Shown here piece after piece: positions 1 through 8,194 of a stretch of 17,213 nt of DNA (position 1 is the first letter of the stretch; every line of letters starts with the position of its first letter). The stretch is taken from positions 1-17,213 of the forward strand of contig CAZPQW010000040.1 of NCBI GenBank assembly GCA_964588985.1. The letters run 5' to 3'. The notes below the pieces were generated by a model. The model was not told the DNA's origin, searched no databases, and worked only from the letters and a program-made list of their open reading frames with translations. The stretch is from an uncultured Solirubrobacteraceae bacterium (GTDB taxonomy: Bacteria > Actinomycetota > Thermoleophilia > Solirubrobacterales > Solirubrobacteraceae). The position numbers and the translations under genes were made by a program.

Positions 1-705
1 CAGGCGATCGTGTTCGTGCGCACGAAGATCCGCTGCGATCAGCTGTTCCGCACGCTGAAGGACCGCGGCATGAACGTGCGCGCGCTGCACGGCGACATGT
101 CGCAGGGCTCGCGCGACGGCGTGATGCTCGCGTTCAAGGGCGGGCGCGTGCCGATCCTCGTCGCCACCGACGTGGCCGCGCGCGGGCTCGACATCTCGAC
201 GGTCACGCACGTGGTCAACTACGACGTGCCGACGAGCCCCGACACATACGTGCACCGCATCGGACGCACCGGACGGGTGGGGCGTTCGGGCCGCGCGATC
301 ACGTTCGTGGAGGATCGCCAGAAGCGCGAGCTGGAAGCGATCGAACGCCACATCGGGATCGCGGTCACGCAGTGGGAGAAGGGCGTCGTGGTCGCGCCCA
401 CGCCTGTCCAGGAGCGCCCCCGCAGGCACTCCAAGCCCGGCGTGAAGCGTCGCGACGAGCAGGAGCCCTACGCCAAGCTGGTGCTCGGCGGGGGCCGCGC
501 GGCGGGCCTGAGCGTGGCGGACATCGTCGGCGCGGTGACCTCCTCGGCGGGTCTCGACGGCGAGGCGGTGCGCGACGTGCTCGTGCTCGACCGCTTCTCG
601 TTCCTGTCGGTGCCCGAGGCGGAGGCCGCGAAGGTGATCGAGGCGATCAACGGCCGGTCGATGCACGGCGGGAAGTTCAGCCTCGAGCGCGTCGAGGTAA
701 GGTAG
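1..705 (+). CDS. DEAD-box RNA helicase (C-terminal part, 5'-truncated) with C-terminal DbpA-type RNA-binding domain, DeaD/CsdA-like
   Basis: Frame is open from base 1. Helicase motifs [20 protein letters not shown] (motif V) and [10 protein letters not shown] (motif VI). C-terminal [17 protein letters not shown]...DRFSFLSVP resembles the DbpA RRM domain. Confidence 0.95.
   Translation, partial: QAIVFVRTKIRCDQLFRTLKDRGMNVRALHGDMSQGSRDGVMLAFKGGRVPILVATDVAARGLDISTVTHVVNYDVPTSPDTYVHRIGRTGRVGRSGRAITFVEDRQKRELEAIERHIGIAVTQWEKGVVVAPTPVQERPRRHSKPGVKRRDEQEPYAKLVLGGGRAAGLSVADIVGAVTSSAGLDGEAVRDVLVLDRFSFLSVPEAEAAKVIEAINGRSMHGGKFSLERVEVR
698..703 (+). promoter_or_regulatory. Putative -10 element (TAAGGT) of a leaderless cyclophilin transcript
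   Basis: TANNNT hexamer 6 nt before ATG 710; no convincing SD sequence. Confidence 0.55.
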
Positions 706-709
706 GCGC

Positions 710-1168
710 ATGTCTACCGCCACGATGCAAACAACCGAAGGGCCCATCGTCTTCGAGCTGTTCGACGAGGATGCGCCGAAGACCGTGGAGAACTTCCGCA
801 AGCTCGCCGGGGAGGGCTTCTACGACGGGCTGACGTTCCACCGGATCATCAAGGACTTCATGATCCAGGGCGGCTGCCCGCAGGGCACCGGCACGGGCGG
901 CCCGGGCTACACCTTCGAGGACGAGATCAACCCGCACAAGATCGTGCGCGGCGCGCTGGCGATGGCCAACGCGGGCCCCAACACCAACGGCTCGCAGTTC
1001 TTCATCGTCACCGCCGACGCGTGCTCGTGGCTCGACGGCAAGCACACCGTGTTCGGCCAGGTGACCGAGGGCCTGGACGTGGTGGACAAGCTCGAGGCCG
1101 TCCCAACCGACGGTCGCGACCAGCCGACCGAGCCGGTTGGCATCGCTTCCATCGATCTGTCTGATTAA
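710..1168 (+). CDS. Cyclophilin-type peptidyl-prolyl cis-trans isomerase
   Basis: [36 protein letters not shown] and [12 protein letters not shown] signatures; 152 aa. Confidence 0.97.
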   Translation: MSTATMQTTEGPIVFELFDEDAPKTVENFRKLAGEGFYDGLTFHRIIKDFMIQGGCPQGTGTGGPGYTFEDEINPHKIVRGALAMANAGPNTNGSQFFIVTADACSWLDGKHTVFGQVTEGLDVVDKLEAVPTDGRDQPTEPVGIASIDLSD

Positions 1169-1205
1169 GCGTCCGCTGCGTCCTCCGGAGTCTGCTCTGT
1201 CGGAG

Positions 1206-1235
1206 TAGTCTTGTTGGCTCACGAGTGAGCTAGCA
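1206..1235 (+). promoter_or_regulatory. Putative ALDH promoter: -10 TAGTCT (1206-1211) followed by the palindrome GCTCAC-GA-GTGAGC (1217-1230)
   Basis: TANNNT hexamer, then a perfect 6-bp inverted repeat over the predicted TSS, then SD-like GGGGAGGG before ATG 1248. Confidence 0.45.
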
Positions 1236-1247
1236 GGGGAGGGTCAG

Positions 1248-2816
1248 ATGGCCACGGTCGAGCAGCAGCTACCCGACACGGACGTATCGGAGATTCGCCA
1301 GCACAACGGCATCGCCAACGGGAGCGACGGGATTCCCGTGGAGAACCCGGCGACGGGCGAGATCGTCGCCACCGTCCCGGATCTCGGCCCCGAGGCGGTC
1401 GCGGACATGGCCGCGCGCGCCCGCGCGATCCAGCCGGAGTGGGAGGCCTATGGATTCGCCGGTCGCGCACGGGTGCTCCTGCGCGCACAGAAGTGGGTGA
1501 TCGACAACGCCGACCGCGTGATCGAGACGATCGTCTCCGAGACCGGCAAGACCTACGAGGACGCCCAGCTGGCGGAGATCAGCTACGCGGCCAACGCGTT
1601 TGGCTTCTGGGCGAAGGAGGGGCCGAAGTACCTGGAAGACGAGGCGGTCAAGTCCAGCCAGGTGCTCGTGAAGGGCAAGAAGCTCGCGTTGCGCTACCGC
1701 CCGCTCGGGCTGATCGGCGTGATCGGGCCGTGGAACTACCCGCTGACGAACTCCTTCGGCGACTGCATCCCCGCTCTGATGGCGGGCAACAGCGTGATCC
1801 TCAAGCCCTCGGAGGCCACACCGCTGACCTCACTGCTGCTGGCGGAAGGGCTGCGCGAGTGCGGCATGCCCGAGGGCGTGCTGCAGATCGCGACCGGTCG
1901 CGGCGGGACCGGGGCGGCGCTGATCGAGCAGGTCGACATGATCATGTTCACCGGGTCCACGCGCACCGGCACGAAGGTCGCCGAAGCGGCCGCGCGCCGT
2001 CTTATCCCAGCCTCGCTGGAGCTCGGCGGCAAGGACCCGATGATCGTTCTCTCCGACGCTGACCTCGAGCGCGCGGCGAACTTCGCGACGTACTACTCGA
2101 TGCAGAACGCCGGCCAGACGTGCATCTCGATCGAGCGCGTGTACGTGGAGGAGCCGGTGTACGACGAGTTCGTGGCGAAAGTCTCCGAGAAGGTGCGCGC
2201 GCTGCGCGTGGGCAAGCCCGAAGGCTTCGGCTCGGTGGAGGTCGGAGCGATTACGTTCCCACCGCAGCTGGAGACGATCAAGGACCACGTGGCCGACGCG
2301 GTGGACAAGGGCGCACGCGTGATCAACGGCGGCAGCGAGGTACCCGGTCCGGGACGCTTCTTCGAACCGACGGTGCTGGTCGACGTTGACCACACGATGA
2401 AGTGCATGACCGAGGAGACGTTCGGTCCGACGCTGCCGATCATGAAGGTGCGCGACGCCGACGAGGCGGTGCGCCTCGCCAACGACTCGCCCTACGGCCT
2501 CGGCGCGTCTGTGTTCTCGCGCGACACCGCTCGCGGCGAGGCGGTCGCGCGGCGGCTGGAGACGGGCGCGGCGAACGTGAACGACGCGATGATCAACTAC
2601 ACCGTGCTGGAGCTGCCGATGGGCGGCGCGAAGGCGTCGGGCCTCGGCTCGCGCCACGGCGCGGGCGGGATCCGCAAGTACTGCTCCCAGCAGGCGATCG
2701 TCGTGACACGGCTGGCGATGAAGAAGGAACTGTTCATGTACCCCTACAAGTCGCGCACGTCAAAGATGCTCGCCGGCCTCTTCAAACTCATGTACGGCAG
2801 GGGTAAGAGGGACTGA
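1248..2816 (+). CDS. NAD(P)-dependent aldehyde dehydrogenase (GabD2/DDALDH-like branch, substrate unknown)
   Basis: PWNYP, LKPSE, FTGST, ELGGKDP (catalytic Glu), NAGQTCIS (catalytic Cys) and EETFGP motifs; SD GGAGG upstream. Confidence 0.95.
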   Translation: MATVEQQLPDTDVSEIRQHNGIANGSDGIPVENPATGEIVATVPDLGPEAVADMAARARAIQPEWEAYGFAGRARVLLRAQKWVIDNADRVIETIVSETGKTYEDAQLAEISYAANAFGFWAKEGPKYLEDEAVKSSQVLVKGKKLALRYRPLGLIGVIGPWNYPLTNSFGDCIPALMAGNSVILKPSEATPLTSLLLAEGLRECGMPEGVLQIATGRGGTGAALIEQVDMIMFTGSTRTGTKVAEAAARRLIPASLELGGKDPMIVLSDADLERAANFATYYSMQNAGQTCISIERVYVEEPVYDEFVAKVSEKVRALRVGKPEGFGSVEVGAITFPPQLETIKDHVADAVDKGARVINGGSEVPGPGRFFEPTVLVDVDHTMKCMTEETFGPTLPIMKVRDADEAVRLANDSPYGLGASVFSRDTARGEAVARRLETGAANVNDAMINYTVLELPMGGAKASGLGSRHGAGGIRKYCSQQAIVVTRLAMKKELFMYPYKSRTSKMLAGLFKLMYGRGKRD

Positions 2817-2817
2817 G

Positions 2818-3462
2818 CTAAGCGGCGGCCTCGGAGGCGCCGAGCGCGACTCCGAGCAGCCGTTCGAGCGCCGGGATCGTGGTCTCGGCGCTCGTGTGAT
2901 GGACGGTGGCCATGCCGAGCTCCTCGGCGGGCGTGAGGTTGAACGGCAGGTCGTCGACGAACACGCACTGCTCGGGCGGCACGCCGGCGCGCTCGGCGCC
3001 GAGCTCGTACATCCGCTTGGTGGGCTTGCGGATGCGCTCCTCGCCGGAGATGACGACGCCGTCGAACAGTTCGGCGAACAGCTCGTGCGGGTAGCGGTGC
3101 ACGCCCCACGAGTTGGACACGAGCGCGGTGCGGATGCCGGCGGCGTGCGCTTTGCGGACCGCCTCGAGCATCGCCTCGTCCGGATGGACGCCCGCGAACA
3201 GCCCGTCCACGAGCCCGTTGGGATCGACCCCCAGCAGAGCTGCGAATTTGACCTCGAACGCGAGCTCGTCGATCTCGCCCGTCTCGAGCGCGACGAGCAG
3301 CTCGCGCGCGGCGGGGTCGCTCCTGAAACGCCCCATCAGCGTCGTGGGGTCGATGCCGGCGTCGAGGCAGTGCGCGTGGAAGGACGCGAACAGGTTGGTC
3401 GTGAGCACCCCACCCCAGTCGATCAGCAGGCCGCGGCGGGGCTCGTGGGTCTCAGGCGCCAT
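2818..3462 (-). CDS. HAD-family phosphatase (sEH-N/ACAD10 N-terminal-like)
   Basis: Motif I LIDWGGVL, motif II VSNSW, motif III RKP and motif IV FVDD; overlaps the upstream phosphotransferase by 11 nt. Confidence 0.92.
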   Translation of the reverse strand: MAPETHEPRRGLLIDWGGVLTTNLFASFHAHCLDAGIDPTTLMGRFRSDPAARELLVALETGEIDELAFEVKFAALLGVDPNGLVDGLFAGVHPDEAMLEAVRKAHAAGIRTALVSNSWGVHRYPHELFAELFDGVVISGEERIRKPTKRMYELGAERAGVPPEQCVFVDDLPFNLTPAEELGMATVHHTSAETTIPALERLLGVALGASEAAA

Positions 3463-4537
3463 GAGCCACCGCTTCCGCTTGGGCGGCGAGCTCGAGCACT
3501 CCCTCGCCGAACTGCTTCAGATAGGGGTCGTCGGTGGTGCCGGCGATGGCGCGCTTGTAGTTGCCCTCCATGAACACCACGCTCTTCCACAGAGCGAGCG
3601 TGGTGTACCAGCGGATGTCTTTCATCGAACGGCCCGAGCCGGCTTCGTAGCGCTCGATGAGCTCAGCGCGAGTGGGGAAGCCCTCCGCACGCGTGACCTT
3701 GCCGAGGTGCTCGCGCAGGCCGCCGGTGGGGTCGCTCGCCTCGGTCCACATCATGCACAGGTAGCCGATGTCGGCGAGCGGGTCGCCGATCGTGGCCATC
3801 TCCCAGTCGAGCACCGCCGCCAGGCGTGCGGGCGCCTCGGAGGCGAACAGCGTGTTGCCGAGCCGGAAGTCGCCGTGGACGATCGTCGCGGGGCCGGACT
3901 CGGGGAGGTTCTCGCCGAGCCAGCGCCCGACGCTCTCCACCGCGGGGATCTCGCGTGTCTTGTTGAGCTCCCACAGCCCGCCGAAGCGGCGCAGCTGGCG
4001 CTCTAGGTAGCCAGTGGGCTTACCGAAGTCCTCGAGGCCCGCGGCGCGCCAGTCGACTCCGTGGATGTCCACCAGCGCGTCGATCAGCTGCTCGCCGATG
4101 CGGCGACGCTGCTCGGGCGTGTCGAGCGCGGCGGGGACGCTCGAGACGATCACGTCGCCCTCGACGAGCTCCATCACGTAGAACGGGCTGCCGATCGTGT
4201 CGGGGTCCTCGCACACGGCCAGCACGTCCGGCACACGGGCGGGCGTGGGTGCGAGCGCGCGCAGCAGGCGTGCCTCGCGCAGCACGTCGTGGGCGCTCGG
4301 CGGCAGCGGCGGGCGGGGCGGGCGGCGCAGCACCATCTCGCTCGCTCCGCGCTCGATCAGATAGGTCACGTTGGAGTGCCCCTCGCCGATCGGGGTCGCG
4401 CGAATCTCCCCTTCACCGAGATGATTCGCGTCCAAGAAGGCCCGCAGCGGCTCGAGCACGAGTAGGGGAGGGCGGCTGTTACCCTCCGCCTCTGCTCGGG
4501 TCTCGACGATGTCGTCTGGGGCGATCGCGGTGCTCAT
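3452..4537 (-). CDS. APH-family phosphotransferase (ACAD10/11 kinase-domain-like)
   Basis: GEGHSNVTY, VLRRPP, SAHDVLRE, VHGDFRLGN and VLDWEMATIGDPLAD are typical of the ACAD10/11 N-like kinase family. Confidence 0.93.
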   Translation of the reverse strand: MSTAIAPDDIVETRAEAEGNSRPPLLVLEPLRAFLDANHLGEGEIRATPIGEGHSNVTYLIERGASEMVLRRPPRPPLPPSAHDVLREARLLRALAPTPARVPDVLAVCEDPDTIGSPFYVMELVEGDVIVSSVPAALDTPEQRRRIGEQLIDALVDIHGVDWRAAGLEDFGKPTGYLERQLRRFGGLWELNKTREIPAVESVGRWLGENLPESGPATIVHGDFRLGNTLFASEAPARLAAVLDWEMATIGDPLADIGYLCMMWTEASDPTGGLREHLGKVTRAEGFPTRAELIERYEAGSGRSMKDIRWYTTLALWKSVVFMEGNYKRAIAGTTDDPYLKQFGEGVLELAAQAEAVAHGA

Positions 4538-4596
4538 TGCTACCGCAACGCTACAAAGACCGCAACCTTCTCTGCGCTGAGGTGTCTCAAGCCACT

Positions 4597-6045
4597 ATGT
4601 CCTTCTCCCGCAAAGCCCTCCTCACACTGCTCGCCTCCTCCCTCCTCGGAGGCTTCGCCGGCGCCGGTCAGGCGCTCGCCTCGCACACCCAGACGACCTA
4701 CTTCGAGAGCGCGTCAGCGCTGCTCAATCCGAGCACGCGCCCCCACTCGATCGAACAGCTGCAACACCTCGGCGTCCACGCGCTGCGGATCGAGCTTCCG
4801 TGGGCCGAAGTGACCCCCGGGCCCGACGGCGCCACGCGGCCGGCCTTCGACGCGACCGACCCCGCGAGCTACAACTGGGGCCAGTACGACGCGCTGATCG
4901 CGGAAGCGAACCGGCTGCACTGGCCGGTGCTGCTGACGGTCACCGCGCCCGCACCGCGGTGGGCAACCTCGAACCACCAAGCGCCCTACATCACCCGTCC
5001 CGACGCGCAGGCCTTCCAGGAATTCATGACCGCCGTCGGTCGCCACTATGGCTCCGCGGTGTCCCTGTTTGCGATCTGGAACGAGGCCAACCACCCGGCG
5101 TTCCTGCTGCCGCAGTGGAACTCCAACGGCACGCCGGCCTCGCCGCGGATCTACCGAGCGCTCTACCAGGCCGGCTACGCGGGGCTGCAGGCCGCGGGCC
5201 TCTCGCACCCGAAGGTGCTGTTCGGCGAAACCGCCCCCACGGGCTACAGCAAGATCAACGTGCATCGCGAAGGCTCGAGGGCGCTGCTGCACGACGTTGC
5301 GCCGCTGGTGTTCCTGCGCGGCGCGCTGTGTCTGAACGCGAAGTACAAGAGGGCCGGTCTGTGCGGCGAGCTGCAGATAAGCGGCTATGCCCACCACGCG
5401 TACACGAAGCCCGCGGGCCCGTACTACCGTCCGCCGGAAAAGGACGACGTGACGATCGGAGTGCTCTCGCGCCTCTCCCAGGCGCTCGACCTAGCGGCGC
5501 ACTCGCACGCGATCCCGGCACACACGCCGATCTACCTGACGGAGTTCGGCGTGCAGAGCTACCCGAACAAGGAACTCGGCGTGACCCTTGCCAAGCAGGC
5601 CGAATACGACGCGATCTCCGAGCACATCGCCTACTCCAACCCTCGAGTGGTGGCGTTCTCGCAGTACCTGCTCCAGGACGACCCGCTCGGTGGCCCGTCC
5701 GGCTCGAGCGCGCGCGGCGGGTTCATCGGCTTCCAGAGCGGCCTCGAGTACCTCAGCGGTGCTCCGAAGCCGCTGTACTTCAGCTGGCCGGTGCCGCTGA
5801 CGGTCACCAAAGCGCACCACGGCGTGTCGCTGTGGGGTCTCGTGCGCCCGACGCTCGGCGCTACGAACGTGACGGTCCTCGTGCGAAAGAAAGGCTCAAA
5901 GAGCTACCGCACGCTGCGCACCATCAAGACCAACGGCCTCGGCTACTGGGCGTTCAACTCCTCCACCGCGGGGCAGTACTGGCGCGTGCGCTGGGTCAGC
6001 CCAGCGGGCGTGAAGTACGAAGGGCCGCCGATCCGCGCCTACTGA
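4597..6045 (+). CDS. Secreted clan GH-A (GH5/GH39-like) glycoside hydrolase, paralog 1
   Basis: Start placed at ATG 4597 (MSFSRKALL..., signal peptide ending ALA), because the longer ORF from 4249 overlaps the opposite-strand gene. Acid/base motif IWNEAN and nucleophile motif IYLTEFG; beta-rich C-terminal domain (SLWGLVRP...WRVRW). Confidence 0.8.
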   Translation: MSFSRKALLTLLASSLLGGFAGAGQALASHTQTTYFESASALLNPSTRPHSIEQLQHLGVHALRIELPWAEVTPGPDGATRPAFDATDPASYNWGQYDALIAEANRLHWPVLLTVTAPAPRWATSNHQAPYITRPDAQAFQEFMTAVGRHYGSAVSLFAIWNEANHPAFLLPQWNSNGTPASPRIYRALYQAGYAGLQAAGLSHPKVLFGETAPTGYSKINVHREGSRALLHDVAPLVFLRGALCLNAKYKRAGLCGELQISGYAHHAYTKPAGPYYRPPEKDDVTIGVLSRLSQALDLAAHSHAIPAHTPIYLTEFGVQSYPNKELGVTLAKQAEYDAISEHIAYSNPRVVAFSQYLLQDDPLGGPSGSSARGGFIGFQSGLEYLSGAPKPLYFSWPVPLTVTKAHHGVSLWGLVRPTLGATNVTVLVRKKGSKSYRTLRTIKTNGLGYWAFNSSTAGQYWRVRWVSPAGVKYEGPPIRAY

Positions 6046-6046
6046 A

Positions 6047-6148
6047 CAGGCAGCCTTGGACCAAGCGGAGCACGGACGCAGGGAGCGTGGCGTGCTCCGC
6101 ACGCGAGCGACCGAGGACAAAGCTCCGCGCCGCGTCCACGGTCGCCTG
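6047..6148. repeat. ~100-bp palindromic intergenic element (MITE/REP-like or structured RNA)
   Basis: Imperfect 15-bp terminal inverted repeats 6047-6061 / 6134-6148 (12/15 match). Internal perfect 10-bp IR GCGGAGCACG 6065-6074 / CGTGCTCCGC 6091-6100; a second GCTCCGC at 6122-6128. Confidence 0.55.
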
Positions 6149-6150
6149 CC

Positions 6151-6156
6151 TACGAT
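6151..6156 (+). promoter_or_regulatory. Putative -10 element (TACGAT) of a leaderless fpg-like transcript
   Basis: TANNNT 6 nt before ATG 6163. Confidence 0.65.
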
Positions 6157-6162
6157 GAGGCG

Positions 6163-7026
6163 ATGCCGGAGCTTCCCGAGGTGGAGATCACAGCGCGGCT
6201 GCTCGACGGCGCGCTGAAGGGGGCGACGATCGAGTCGGCGCTCGCGCCGGGCATCAACGCGCTGAAGACGTTCGATCCGCCGCTGTCGGCGCTCGCGGGC
6301 GGCCGGGTGGTGGCGGTGCGACGGCGCGGCAAGCACCTGGTCGTGGATGTCGACGGGGCTACCGGTCCGCATGCGCTGTTGATCCACCTGATGTCCGCGG
6401 GGCGCTTCCAGCTGTACGACAAGCACGCCGGGCCGCGCGACCGCACATCTCGCCTGCTGGTGCGGTTCGACGATGGCCGTGAGCTGCGGCTGCGCGAGTT
6501 CGGGTCGAGACAGGCAGCGTGGGTGAAGCTCCTGCCGGCCGAGCAGCTCGAGGACGACGAAGCGCTCGCGACGCTCGGGCCGGAAGTGTGGCCGGACCCA
6601 GGCGATGCTGCCCGGCTGAAAGGGCTGCTCGATGCGCCCCGCCCGCTGCACACGCTCCTGCGCGACCAGCGCACGATCGCTGGGATCGGGCGCTCGTGGG
6701 TCGATGAGATCCTGTGGCACGCGCGGCTCTCGCCATACAAGCGCGGCGCAGACCTCGACGAGAACGAGGCGAGCCGGCTTCGCGATGCGACGGTCGAGAC
6801 GCTCGGTGGTGCTGTTGCGCACTACGAGCAGACGGTCAGCCTGCCGATCCCGGACAAGCTGCCGATGCCACTGCGGGTCCACCGCCACGAGGGCGAGCCG
6901 TGCCCGCGTTGTCAGGCGACGCTGCGGGCGGTGCACTTCGAGGACTACGTGATCGCCTACTGCCCCGACTGCCAGACCGAGGGACGGGTGCTCAAGGACC
7001 GTAGGCTTTCGCGGTTGTTGCGGTGA
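6163..7026 (+). CDS. Fpg/Nei family DNA glycosylase/AP lyase (actinobacterial Fpg2/MutM2-like)
   Basis: N-terminal PELPEVE, RRGKHL, H2TH region LLRDQRTIAGIG, zinc finger CPRC...CPDCQ and C-terminal DRRLSRLL. Confidence 0.93.
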   Translation: MPELPEVEITARLLDGALKGATIESALAPGINALKTFDPPLSALAGGRVVAVRRRGKHLVVDVDGATGPHALLIHLMSAGRFQLYDKHAGPRDRTSRLLVRFDDGRELRLREFGSRQAAWVKLLPAEQLEDDEALATLGPEVWPDPGDAARLKGLLDAPRPLHTLLRDQRTIAGIGRSWVDEILWHARLSPYKRGADLDENEASRLRDATVETLGGAVAHYEQTVSLPIPDKLPMPLRVHRHEGEPCPRCQATLRAVHFEDYVIAYCPDCQTEGRVLKDRRLSRLLR

Positions 7027-7055
7027 GCGGCGAGCGAGGCGGGTAAATTAGGCTC

Positions 7056-7376
7056 ATGGTGGGAGAGACCCCTGAGAAGGCGCCGTGGGATCAGCGGCTT
7101 GCTGAGAGCTTGGCGCAGGAGGCGTGGGAGGCGGCGAACAATCCAGACGGACGTCGTCAGAGTCCTCCGCTGCGAGAGCAGATCAAGTCGCCCTACTTCT
7201 GGGTTATGAGTATCGGATCGGGTGCATCGGTATCCATCCTGTTTGCCGCGCGACACGGATGGGAGTATGGGCTTGGGGGAGGCATATATCTCTGTGTGTT
7301 GCTCGCTTCGGTGCGTGAGCGGCGAGCCTCCCGCACCGCTAGGCTGCCGCGCATGTCGACGAAGGAGAATCCATGA
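7056..7376 (+). CDS. Hypothetical small membrane protein (106 aa, two hydrophobic segments)
   Basis: Fills the fpg-bcp gap; TAAATT at 7044-7049 lies 6 nt before the ATG; ATGA overlap with bcp; hydrophobic stretches YFWVMSIGSGASVSILFAA and YGLGGGIYLCVLLASV; codon usage less GC-biased than its neighbours. Confidence 0.6.
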   Translation: MVGETPEKAPWDQRLAESLAQEAWEAANNPDGRRQSPPLREQIKSPYFWVMSIGSGASVSILFAARHGWEYGLGGGIYLCVLLASVRERRASRTARLPRMSTKENP

Positions 7377-7849
7377 TCGAGCAAGGCCAGCAGGCCCCCG
7401 ACTTCGAGCTTCCCGATCAAGACGGTCGCGCCATCAAGCTCTCCGACTTCCGCGGCCAGCCGGTGGTCGTCTACTTCTACCCAAAGGCCGACACTCCGGG
7501 ATGCACCGCCCAGGCGTGCGGCGTGCGCGACCGTCGCGCCGACTACGCCAAGGCAGGCGCGGTGGTGCTCGGGATCTCCCCCGACACGGTCGCCAAGGTA
7601 AAGAGATTCCACGACAAGCAGGGGCTCAACTTCGCGCTGCTGGCCGACGACGGCCACGCGGTCGCGGACACCTACGGCGTGTGGGTAGAGAAGTCGATGT
7701 ACGGGAAAAAGTACTTCGGCAACGAGCGCACGACGTTCGTGATCGACTCCGAGGGCAACGTGGCCAAGGTGCTGCGCAAGGTCAAGCCAGGCGAGCACGA
7801 CGAGCTCGTGCTGAAGGCGCTGGAGGAGGTAGGTCCGTCGGTCGCCTAG
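7373..7849 (+). CDS. bcp: Thioredoxin-dependent thiol peroxidase (BCP/PrxQ)
   Basis: APDFELPDQDG, YFYPKADTPGCTAQAC (peroxidatic CxxxxC) and ERTTFVID; SD AAGGAG at 7362-7367. Confidence 0.95.
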   Translation: MIEQGQQAPDFELPDQDGRAIKLSDFRGQPVVVYFYPKADTPGCTAQACGVRDRRADYAKAGAVVLGISPDTVAKVKRFHDKQGLNFALLADDGHAVADTYGVWVEKSMYGKKYFGNERTTFVIDSEGNVAKVLRKVKPGEHDELVLKALEEVGPSVA

Positions 7850-7858
7850 AGTGGAGGC

Positions 7859-8140
7859 GTGACGACCGATGCAATAGGCACCCTCGTGCAGCGTCTGGCC
7901 CGTCCGCATGCCTCCGGCGGCATGGTGATCGAGCGCTCTGTGATCCTCGCCGAGGGTTCCGATTCGGCAGCGATCCTGAGCTGGATATCCGACCACGACG
8001 GTGTTGCCGACTCGACCTCGGCCCCGGCACGAAGCAGCGGCCTGCACGGTATGCGCGACGTCGCCGGAGTCGGAGGGCAGGCGCCGCCGGCACGCAGGTT
8101 CGTCTTGCCGGCTCGTGCCTTCGAAGAGCCAGGCGAGTAG
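7859..8140 (+). CDS. Hypothetical protein (93 aa)
   Basis: GTG start 6 nt after TAGAGT (7847-7852); fills the gap after bcp; protein-like sequence (LARPHASGG, GLHG, RFVLP). Confidence 0.7.
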   Translation: MTTDAIGTLVQRLARPHASGGMVIERSVILAEGSDSAAILSWISDHDGVADSTSAPARSSGLHGMRDVAGVGGQAPPARRFVLPARAFEEPGE

Positions 8141-8141
8141 C

Positions 8142-8194
8142 CGCAGCTCTCATACGGGGATCGGCGCGTCGCCCATCGATGTAATGAAGCTGCG
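8142..8194 (+). terminator. Long imperfect stem-loop just downstream of the 93-aa gene (possible U-tract-less terminator or structured RNA)
   Basis: CGCAGCT(C)TCAT pairs with ATGAAGCTGCG; inner GATCGGCG pairs with CGCCCATC (one mismatch). No U-tract. Confidence 0.4.

Noticed and set aside
4249-4596. 116-codon N-terminal extension of the GH1 ORF (598 aa in the track)
   Set aside because: It overlaps the antisense phosphotransferase, is Arg/Ala-rich low-complexity sequence, and the signal peptide begins at ATG 4597.
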